Positions 13,301 through 25,300 of a stretch of 64,000 nucleotides of DNA are shown in pieces. The position numbers were made by a program, and so were the translations under genes. The notes beneath the pieces are model-generated. The model was given only the letters and a program-made list of their open reading frames with translations. It was not told the DNA's origin and made no database searches. The stretch comes from Balanoglossus misakiensis (taxonomy: Eukaryota; Animalia; Hemichordata): assembly GCA_040954595.2 (NCBI GenBank), contig CM082579.2, positions 4,019,227 to 4,083,226 on the forward strand, given 5' to 3'. Position 1 is the first letter of the stretch; each line of letters starts with the position of its first letter.

Positions 13301-16300
13301 TTTGGAATTTGTGATCGAGCAGAGTAATCAATGGGCAGGGTGGGGATGGAAAAAAGAAAGAAATAAAGTTGTATTATACTTGCATGCTAGATCTAGATAA
13401 TGTAACTAGGTTAGTAGAAAAATATAGTGTCTACACAGCAGTCAAGTGAAAATTCTGTTTTGTTAGTAAAGCCATTCTTCTCTTAGTGAAATGGTCAGAA
13501 GTACATTTCACATGTCAGCAAAAATCAGTCCTCAGTGAAACAAAGTGCAAGAAGGTTATAATACAGTGTTTAGTTCTGTTCCAAATCAGCATTGGCTCTT
13601 CAGTGCTTTAGCAAAATCATCTCTACTTTACATAGTTTTGATTACATCCCTTTTCATGCGAGAAGTTCAGTTTTGTCTGTACTAACACAGACATTGACAT
13701 AGACAGCCTCTGCTGGTCAAACAGCACCGTTGCAGACCGCTGCACGGGGGTTGTGTGTTGACTGAGTCTTACATAAGACCCATTCACCCAACACAGTAAC
13801 ACTCTCCATTTTTCACGTTGTGTTACACAGGCCCTTTCCATTGTCACCGATTTGTTTTGAACGTCCTTTCAACCGACTGTTATGTTTGTGTCATTTATGT
13901 GCCTGTCATTGTGTGGGCCCTGGTCAGTGATCTCCTTTCCCTCCATTCATTTCATCCCGGATCATCCTCTACTTCCCGTGAAGACGTGTCCACATTAAAC
14001 GAGACAATGGCTAAGGCTCTCGAGACAATGGAAGGTGTGGGGGAGACAGATAAGATTCTCTGTCAATCTCAGACTGTTCCAGCAGAAATTAACACACGCT
14101 GAAATCCACATCGTTCGGATTAGCATACAATTGCCTGGCTAACACACTGAATACACCTTTGATTGTAGCCTTGTTTTATGAGCACAGTGGTAGACTGTAA
14201 TGGCAACTTGTTAAAAAGATTGTGGCGGCTACTTGTTAAACTTGGCTTGACCCTGAAGGTAATCATCTCTTTGAGATTCCTAAACAGCACAACAACGGTT
14301 GTGACACTGGCGAGGCGCCTCTGGTATAGAAAACCCTGTCAGATGAGTTTACTGCCTGTCTGTCTTTTGTTGATCTTTTCACTGAACATCCATTGCTTCT
14401 TTTAATTCGCCTCACAAATGCTTCCTCTCGTTACAGCACCAAGCACAATAGCGCCCGGCTGTCAGATTCTTTCTCCTTGTGCCACAAATGACGCGAGCAC
14501 AATTAAGTCTCTTTGCTTTCTTTTAGATGCCAGCCTCTGGGGCCATCTCTTCAAACTCAGCTGTATCTCTCTTCCCCCTGTAGGGCCATCAGTTATCCAC
14601 GCCACTATTGATCCACCACAATGCCAAGTTAAAGTTTTCAACAGTAAGCTGCTTACAGAACTTATGCAATGGGCGTCCTTTTGTGTCAAGAGTCTCGGGA
14701 TGGAATCGGACAGCGTTTAGTGAGACCACCGCGGATGTTCTTTTCACTTGCTGGATACGAGTGCCACAGCCAATAATGATATACAACCCTTAACAAGCTG
14801 CACGCTCTACTTTTGAAGTGATGCGCCATTGAGAGCCATGTGATTAGAGATAAACGCTGGTGCCCAGGATGTCAGTTTCAATAAAAAGGCATAGGGATAT
14901 ACACTCTCTGTCGGTGCAGTATTGACCAGTGTTTGTTTTCCTATTTCCCCTGGCTATCCAAACTGACCACCTTCTCACACTGGAGGAGACAGGGTGTACA
15001 CATTGTGCTGCCCTGAAATCGATGAATCAAGGGGCAACTTTGCACTAGCTGCCAAAGGCCCCTGGTGCAGCAGCCAGAGGGGGGATATACAGGGTTTGCA
15101 GAATGGAGAAGAGGAGGTTGCATTTTAGGATTAGTAATGTTAGCTTGACAATGAACGCAGACTTGTCACTCATTCAGTCACCTCATTCATTGCGATTGAT
15201 TGACTCAACGCATTTGTGACATAGTGCAAAGGGTTAGAGTTCAGTCACCTCTTTTTCATCATTAGCGCTCATTTTTATAGACTGGAATAAAAAAACACCA
15301 CAAACAAAGCTACCCTGAATCCACCCATCATTAGCTGTTGCTGTTAATGACACCATCATATAACGTAACAGCCTGCTGATAGTTTCCCCTGCTATTTTAC
15401 TGCCGTCTAAAACTATAGCATTCACCAACATTATTATTATTATCCACCTACCGGATACAATGGAGTAGGTCAGCTCCGAATTCTCTCCTCTGTCCTTATC
15501 CATGGCGACCACTTGTACCACGGACGATCCAATGGCAGCAGTCTCGTAGACGCGTCCGACGTAGTTCGCAGAGCTGAACATGGGCACGTGATCGTTGGAG
15601 TCGCGCACGGTGACGATGACGCGCACGTAGGCTCTCTTCGACGGGATGGCCTGATCCTTAGCCTGCACGGTCAACACGTGCTTCCGGGTGGTTTCGTGGT
15701 CCAGCCGGTCCCGCAGGTAGATCACTCCGCTCCTGGAGTCGATGCGGAATTTCCCCTTGCTGGACGGATCCGTGCTCTCGTGGATGATGTAGGAGAGCCG
15801 GTTGTCCTTGTCCCGGTCGATGGCCGTGACTTTGAGGACCACCGTGTTCACTTCCGTGTCCTCGGGAATCTCCAGGGTGTACTCCTTCTCCGTGAACTCC
15901 GGCCGGTTGTCGTTGGTATCGATAATTTGCACATGGATCTGCAAGGGAGCGTACACACACTGTAAGAGCTACATCGGAGCAGTTGTCAGCCCTGATAGAA
16001 GTGGTGCCCATACATGTATTTCTATGAACACAATGCTTCAAACATTATGAATTTAGGATACAGCATATATCTGAGTACCCAATACTCAAGCCTGTCTTAC
16101 CTGAGTGTGAGCAACGTTATATCCGTCACTGACAGCAATCGACAAGTTGTACAAGGCTTCCTCTTCCCAGTCCAGCTTTTCCGCCAGCATCAGAAGCCCT
16201 TGTGTTGGATGCATGAAGAACTTATTGGCGCCAGGGCTGCTAGCTGTAGAAGCGGGGAGAAAAAAAACAAGCATGATGTTAGGGGGTTAGACTGTCAGTC

Positions 16301-19300
16301 ATAGTAGGTGTCAGCAAATCATTTTCACAGCCACTACACTACAGCCTACAAAACAAAGATAACTAGCCCAGCCTTAGTTTCAGACTGACACGAATGCAGA
16401 TGAGTTCTTGTATTGATACACCTATCTCCTCATACATGCGCTACTTCATCCAATCACACTAACAGTAGATAAACTTACGAAGAACTGAATAATGCAAATC
16501 TCCTCCGTCTGGATCCACGGCTTGCAGAAGGGTGATCATGTGATTGACCGGATCCGTTTCCATCACCTGGACTATCAGCGGGTTAGCGTTGAGGACAACC
16601 GGAGCGTGGGCCGACTCCTCCATTTTGGGCTTCACTTGGATTATCAAGTGGCACCTGTTCCTCCTTTGCTTGGGCAGTTTGCCGTTGTCGACCACTTCAA
16701 CCTGGAGTGGGAAGAAATCAATTCATGAAGTTTTTAAAAATATATACATTGTATACATCATCACAATGTCACTGTTTATGGATACCATCTGCATTTCAAA
16801 CTCAAAAACAGAAATAATGCATAGCAAGGTGAACCCAGTTTGAGGGAGGGAGGGATGGTTAATGAACACTCACCGTGAGGTCATAAAGGTCACCTTCATC
16901 CAACTGCTTTCTGGTCATCAAGATGCCGGTTTGTGGCTCGAGGAAGAACTTGCCCTTAGTGTCACCGTCTCCGATGAAGTAGCTCAGTTCAGCGTTCTCT
17001 CCTTTGTCGGCGTCGGACGCCAGCACGCGGAAGATGGGCACCCTCTCGGTCGTCCTCTCTCGGGCCGGCACTGCCACTTCGTACATGAATTCCGAGAACA
17101 GCGGGATGTTGTCGTTCAGGTCGTCCACGGAGACTATGACCCGAGTTGTGGAGGTCATCGGAGGGTCGCCGTTATCCGACACCGTTACCTGCAAAACAAG
17201 ACAAATCAAACGTCAGTGAACTGCATACAAGTTATATAGAAAACACGGAGATGGAATGAAGAATGTCAAATTGATACACGGTTAACAAACACTATGTGGT
17301 TAAAAAGTATACTGCCAGATGTCCGGCAAATATTAGCTCACTTGCCCCAGTTTAACACAATCTTACAATTTCCATACAACAACGCAAATTCATTTATTTC
17401 ACTTTTATATTCATATTACATATTTCTTATCATCTGAACAGAAACAGCATTTATTTCAACGCCATTAATATGTGCCAATATTATAACTGATCCAGTCCTT
17501 TTCTTGAAGGACGCCCTCTATCACAACTACATCACCAACATCCATATTTGCATCTGTACTTCGTCACTCAATGTAGCAAACGGAAAGGCAGTCTGGGGAC
17601 AAGCAATTCTCTGACTTAATCTGACCCGGCTCTCTGTAATAGGCCTATATTATTACAATCCCGGCACATGGACTGTTTTGCTGGATAAATGCACGAGATT
17701 TCGACATGGGCAGTCAAGATAAACAGCAGATTGTGCCCATGCCAAAGACCCCACGCTAAATAAACACCGACTAATCCCGGACTATGCATAACAAATGCTA
17801 GGACGAGAACACACACAGATTGTATACACCAATACTTTTATTGCACGCTGAAATGATATCAGAGCCAGGGCTTACATATTAAAAGACCTCCTGACAAACA
17901 CAGACTGTTGCAGATATGCCCTATCCGTAATGCACTTTCAGAAATCCAGTAAATACAAAATCTCCGTGAAGGCCTGGATATCATCCTTACTTGCGGGAAT
18001 GTTGCGAGCACTCAGACAAGTTATTTGTACATGAGATTTGTCACTACAGTACTATGTTGACCATCACTCTGAGGAGGAAGTGTACCTTTCTACTGGATAT
18101 TGGTATCTCACACTTTCCCTTCAGCAAAGACAGACAACTGGCGACACTGGTATGCGCAGAGAATTACACTTGCAAAAAAAAAAGAAGTTTTCAAACACCC
18201 GACTTCCCGTCGACTGAACAATGAACATTTTATAAATTAGGAAATCCAGGGTACATTTACTTGTGCAGTATTAGTGGCGCAGTCATTTTTGTGTGTGCTG
18301 CCAACACATATTGAAATGTCAGCTGAGACATGACATGCATGCTAATGCCCATCACATTATACACTCATTTAGGGTCATAACCTGGTTAACATTTACACGA
18401 CAAGATATACCCCTGGCTGTCTTCTGAGCTGATGAGAACACCTGAGTCTGCTGCCTGCCAGTCTCTTGTGAGCATCTCTCCAAACACTGCTCTATCTTAC
18501 TAACTGTGCCCCACTATACACCCAAGTCCAGCCAAAATTATCAAATCATGACTCCAGTTTGTAACGTATATCACACTTCCGTGGCTGCATTTTCAAACAA
18601 GCCATGACATTTTCAAGAGGCACGTCTCACAAAACAAACGGCCGTCTGTGGATTATCAGCAAGATAACAAAAAACAAGAAACACGTGAGAAACAACTTTG
18701 TACAGTAAACTTATCAGCTAAGGGAGCCAATCATCCTCTTTTTTTCCCTTCAACAAATCTATTTTTACATCTGATCATTTTAATTGGGTGTTTCTTATCA
18801 ACCCTTTTAATCTTACCTGCTAATTTTTTTTCAAAAAGCATCAAGACGAATTTTATCACGACCCTGTCAAATTAATCATTTCTAATGGTGTAATGTACAC
18901 ACACGAAAACCAGCTTCTTGCCCCCGCTCTTACTTTGGCTTAATTTTAACATTACCACTTTTCTCTTACATTACACTGATGCTATGACTGCATATTCCAA
19001 TGCCACCCACGGCATTTCGCTCTTTAGTTTTTTTATTTCATTCTCGTGATGAGTAGTTTACACAGGTATCTAATTTACAACAAGCCCTCCAGGTTAATTT
19101 CCACAGCAAACCCTGATGATGTAACGGGTTTCCATGGCGATCGTGGGCCGGCTCCTGGAACTCCGAGCAGCAGAGGAAATTAAAGCAAGTATCATTAGAG
19201 GAGAGTGTGTTTGTTCAGGAAACAGAATGACACAAGAGTAACCTAATCGCACCGGCATCTGCAACAGCTCTCTGACAATTCACCGCCAACACGTCTGCAT

Positions 19301-22300
19301 TTTGCAGAGAGAGAAAAAAAATTGACAAGTACAACAAGGTGTGCTAAAGTACACTGGGCATGTGCCTCTGAAACTTTGACAGGTTGACGAAATTATGGCG
19401 TGAAAGATAAATGCTCTGTCCCACATGTCTTCAGGAATCCAGTGTGCACCATTATGGGTTTCTAAATGAACGGACTGGGCGAGTTCAGTGACCCCCCCCC
19501 CCAAAAAAAAAAAGATACTAACAAACACCGCACAATTACACAACACTTTTGACAGTCTTCATCTCCTCTATATATCAATTGGATCATGGTGTTGTTGTTA
19601 TCGTTGTTTCTAATGACTTGTTGTTTTAAATCAATATTTTACTGTCATTCAGAAGTACAGCCACGCAAGGACCACCCTTCCCTGGAGATTCAGCTCCCTC
19701 ATAACACCTCATCTTTATGACGCCATTAAACTGTCAATCACTACTCTGTTGTTGGATGGACTTGCCTAGGTCCTGAATTTGATGAACCCACCCTTCCCTC
19801 CAAACAGCATAATCACAGAAGAAGTTGGCTCTTCCGGGAAGAAAGTCCGAGCTTGATTAAAAAAAATGCTTCAGAAAATCAATATTTTCAAACCGACCGT
19901 GGCCAAGTAACAAATCTGATGATGAGCAACACAGGATTAACACTCCAACCAAATCAACAACATGTACGGTTACATAAAAGTCAGTGTGGTGCCAACACTT
20001 ACTGGTTTAATTGGCACTAACATCACCTGCAAGCGGGTGTCGCCAGTGCCTTCCACGTAATGATACGGCAGCGACCAATTTCACAGAAGGAATACTAAGT
20101 GTAGGGTAGCAAAAAAATGCAATGCCTGTCATAGCTGGAATTTATGAGTTGTCACACCTAATCTAATATCTTGCTGATTGCATTAAAAATTAACACAAAA
20201 GTGGCTTCCTTCCACTTCCCGTTGTCAAACGTTGCACAATAGACATCCTGGATCACTATTAAAATTTCATGATAAATGCAGACCACAACATTCAGACTCC
20301 GATATCAAACATCCTACGTGTGTTTTTTTATTATACAACACTGCCCCTGGCAGCGTACGAATTTGATGAAATATTGATACAAAAATGTTTTGTATTCTTT
20401 TTCCATTTATCATTTTTAAATTGTACACATGAGAAGATATGAAGAAACAAGTTTTGTCTTGTCTTCGGAACTTGTGTTATAAAAACATACCCAATGACTG
20501 TGCTCTGTTCAACTCAAACTAGCAGATATGTAGTGACGACTGACGTCTTCATTCCAGGGAGTTGTAAGCATGAGTCATCTGGCATTTGACCCTTTCACCC
20601 CTGTTTTCCTCAGTAGAAGTCCAACTTTACCATAGATAACAATGAATTTGGGCCAAACCATGGTGGTGAAACTGAAAGGGTTAACTTTCAGAACATAAAC
20701 ACAGCATACACAAAAATGCCAGTAAAATGCAATGTATGATCTAGGTGGGGGGGGGGGAGACTGGTTGTAAATTATGACATTAAAAGTCATTAAACTCTCC
20801 TGTCAGAAACTATGATCGATTCTTGATAAGTCCAGAGTATGATTAATTTGTAATTAAGGCAACCAGGGCAAAGAATTCGAACGCTACAGATTCTTAGCTC
20901 GTTATATTTCCAATAAGTAGCCAGACTCCATGCTGTCTTTATTTTTCACAAAACGCTGGCTGCTTCAAAGACCAATTAGTCTCAATATCAGATGATGCAC
21001 GTCAGCCTCTACATTAGCGTTTATTGTCAAATACTGAAATAAGTTAATGTTTGCAATTTTAAAATGGCATACGTTTGAAATGGGCATTTCCACAAATGCT
21101 GTAGCCACGGCGACCTATCTCAACAGCGTCAATAAATGCCGCTGCTTGTACAGGGATAGGCTTTGTTGAAACTGCGAACAGAGAGTCCTTGGCCAGTGTA
21201 ACTGGAAACTGTATTATTCTGACTGTGGATTCCAGACCCCACTTACTATGCAAATTAAATTCTGTTGATTTCGCGTTGAAAAAATGCGCAAGTAACCCAG
21301 ATTAGCTTTCCTGTGGTATGGGCGCCTGAACAAGCTTGTTTTTTAGAGTCTGCAACAGCGCAGATCGCCGTGTAAAGTGCACCTTGCTAATCCCTATTTT
21401 TGCTGAACCAGACGTCGAATTAAAGTACATCATAGAGTTTCACACCACACCATATCGTCAACTCCACATCAGCAGAACATGACGTATTAAAACGATAGAA
21501 ATTTACGATGCAGGAATTGGATGACTCGCCGGAATTGAAAAACCCAGCCACTTAGTTTTCTATCCAATGACAGAGAAGAATGAAGCTTGATACATAATTT
21601 GTTAGATAGGGTAATATACTGGGTCAAAACGTAGAATGTTCAGAGGAGTCACATAAATTTCACTTCATGCACTGCACGGTAGTGTGGTGTAATATATCGT
21701 GACTTGAATTCCAATGCCGATAACACTTGAGTTTCCTCCATGAGGAGGCATATATTATATATCCATTATTCCCTTATTGAAATTCCTTGGTATTTTTCGA
21801 AAGATATAAATTCCATTTGCCTTGAGATAAACAACGTGCATCTCATCCGTGAAATCACGGCATGGTATGCCGATTGGCCTCTTGAAGGCGAAACGGGTGC
21901 CAACGGCATTGTGGCTCTCACCTGCCTGTTCGGCAGTTAGGCAAAACAGTGATGGCAGGCACGAAAGGACGACCAACCACACATAGAGGGGCACCTTAAC
22001 CCTTTCACCCCAGCTGTGATAAACAAATTAAGAAGTTCAGTAATTCTCAATATATGGCATCCCAAATATGGTGTTCACTCAAGATTCAGTAAACTGCACC
22101 TTTCTTTGGTCACTATATCAAGTCCTCATACATTCACTACACTTGAAGTGATCAACCGACCAACAGACCGACAGACAAGCCCACCGACACTGTCACACAC
22201 AAGACCTAAGAGGACAAGATGCAATGGCCCCAACCACTGTTGCTATGGTTACAACCGACTAGCGATATCCCTCATGAATATCATGAATATTTTCCTGGGT

Positions 22301-25300
22301 GTGTGACTTGGCCTCTGCCAACTGTATAAATTACACATGATAAGGCTTAACCTGTGAATGACTCCAACTCCCTGAAGATCCCCTACCTCCTGATCAAATT
22401 TTCACCCGAACCATTCAAATGCGCAGAAGATAATTCATTCAAATTATGCATGCAACCTTGCCAATTTTTTTCGCTCCCTATAGTTAATATCTTCCCTGGA
22501 ATTATGCGTTTCACGGTTGACGTGTTTTTCTTTTCAAATAATTCAACTGACAGAATGAGTCATACAGTCGGGTATATATATTCAGTTTCTCTCGGCACCG
22601 TAACCTCGTCCAGGCCTCTCGGTGCTGAAGGATGGAGCATTCCAACCGTTTCCTCTCCAGGAATGCCAAGTCTGCCTTATCAACTGGGTGCACAGTAACC
22701 ATAAACAATGATCTCCACACACCACCACCTCCCGCATTCTCCGACTTGACGGGGTCCCTTCCTTCGCGCCACCACCCTTCAACGGCCCGTCACGATCTGA
22801 CACCCACTAAATTGAAATATCTCAGTCTCCAAGCTCTCGCGCATGGCCACGGAAGAATTTTTCCAGCTCAGATTATTCCCCGCGAGTTGCTGCCCGCCAC
22901 GCAGACCTAGCGCATTCCTTCGGATTCAGACACAGAGAGAGACGACTAGACTTAAAAGTCGTGCGCGTTGAAAATAAACGGACATAAAACTTAAGGATGG
23001 GTGGAACAGCACAGCTGCATGTGGGAAAGGCCTGCAGTCGGCCAAGCAAAGTATGTTTTGAACATATTTCTTTGAGTTCATCAAGTACTTCAACAACAAA
23101 CACTATATCATAGGAAAGGGGGGTAGATCATTCACAGTGTCATAATTCTTCATTTTTCTCTGCAGGGAGCCAAGACGGGCGGGACAAATTCAAACCCTCG
23201 AAGCAAATTAAAAAGTTTTGTTTGGACACAGCAACGGTAGTCCACCACACGCACTGGGGGCTTACACGTCCGCAGCGGTCGAACAAGATATCTCTGCCAG
23301 TCTGTTTACACTGCATTCTACACCCAACCAGGTTCTGTCGGTAAACACTGCCCGGCTTTGGCTTGTGATACTGTCAGCATCACTTTCTCTGTCCTGGAAA
23401 CACGCACACCACTAGTGCCCAGCCAGGTGCCAATCATTTCTGATTTTTGAGATACATTTGAATGTTGTGTGGCCTGAAAGCATTGTTCCAGCAATATAGT
23501 TGAAATATAGTTGTAATTTATGTGTGAACCTGACTGGATGAGTAGTGTCTGTTTTCAAGAGTTGCAATTTTCCCAGGACGGCACCAAGAAAGAGACAATA
23601 ACCCTCTCCTTGATAACAATACCCCTGCCTAATTGATCCTATTCTTATTGAAATATGGCATATTTCTGTCGCATAATAATGCAAAACAGCACATAACTGA
23701 CTCGCTTGAAGAAAAACATTCAGATCACACTACTCTGGAGCCAAGGCGCCAGTTTTCAAGTCTGCGAACTTGGAACATAAATTGCGTGTTTTATGGAATA
23801 TTCTTCTAACATGGGGCCTTTGTCTGTTGGGAGGTGTTGATGACCAGTTGGACAGAACACAGTCAATCTTGATACATATTAATTCCACTTTCCCCCCTGG
23901 TAGTGGCTGCATTCCCATCACCATCAACTCCAAGGCTGATGGTGTACTATCGCCAATCAGTCTAACACTTTTCGGAAGTAACTTTCTGAAATCAGACCCC
24001 AGTGAAAATAAATGTATCAGCATTTCTGGATGGGTCTGTTCACTTGATTAGATCTGAAGTGACCTTCTTTTTTTTGTCTGAACGCCCGTGGTTTCCAAAC
24101 GAGTTTGAACGGAATGCTGCATTTATGATCATGGCTAGAATTTGAACCACCCTCATAAATGGGTCTGCACACAGAAATTGAGACCCTACATAGAAACCAA
24201 ACCCTGCCCTTTGAAACTGGGGCGGCTTTTGATTTTTGTGGTTGTCAATGTAATGTGCGCCTTTAGTGTTACACACCGCGTTATCACAGGTCACTTTCAA
24301 ATTCGGAGTAATCGAAGACACCCTGAACAAAATTTGATGACTCCAACAGACAGCATTACACATACACAAAGCCCGGAGCAGGACTGATTCTCTCCATATA
24401 ACCTGAATGCAGGGTTGAACTCCTGGACAATAACGTTGACAACCCAGGCCATGCTCATCTGGTTAAGAACAAAGCAACGTTTCTACCCGCCACTGTCCCC
24501 TGCATTAACTGGATACCTGACTTGCATGGTAAAACAGCCATTCACTCCAAAAACGGGGTTTCGCTGGGTCCAATGTGCCGGATGCCTGCCCTTGTCAATC
24601 TATACACCTTACATTATTCTCACATTAACCCTTTCCCTAAAAAATAATCTGATGTGCAAGAAATTGTAATGTGAGAAGCAAATGAGCATTTGAGATGGAA
24701 ACAAGAAACAAAACTCTCACAGTCGATTTCGGTCGGTGAGCCCTTTATGACAACTATCTCGCACCAACTACATTCGGCCTGGAATGATCTCGTGTTTTCC
24801 ATTACTTCTGCTTCCGTGGACTGACAATATTTTTTTCAATACGGAAGCGGTGCCACCCTCCCAGTAATTAAAGCCCACAGTCTCGCGATAACTCAACAGA
24901 CTGGAAGTATTCCATTTGGGTGGAAGCACACACGACCTGCCCTCATCACGCGTACCAGGCGTACATTTGGAACTTATCAGAATCTTTTTTTTCTGAAAAG
25001 ACAGAGATGAGTTTGCAACCTGACCCAGTAGTTTGGAACACCGCAGAGGTACGCGCGTGGGAACTACTGACCCCTGTTTACGTCGAAACAGATAAAAACA
25101 GTAGCCCGGGTTTTAACACAGGGGGCAATATTGTCTGCATTTGGTACAGATCACAGACAGCTGACAATGCTGAACAGCCAACATCGGGGATAAATGGTGC
25201 GTACACTGTGCCTGTTCTGTCAGTCTCAGAGTCGTATATGTCATGGAGGTTTGGAAGCCATCAATGCAGTGCACAAAACTGAGTCCCAAGTCAACCATTT

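Noticed and set aside
19284-19294. 11-nt exon-like segment after tctctctctgc...tgcag
   Set aside because: It is not a multiple of 3 and gives an immediate stop; it cannot be told apart from a chance pseudo-exon.
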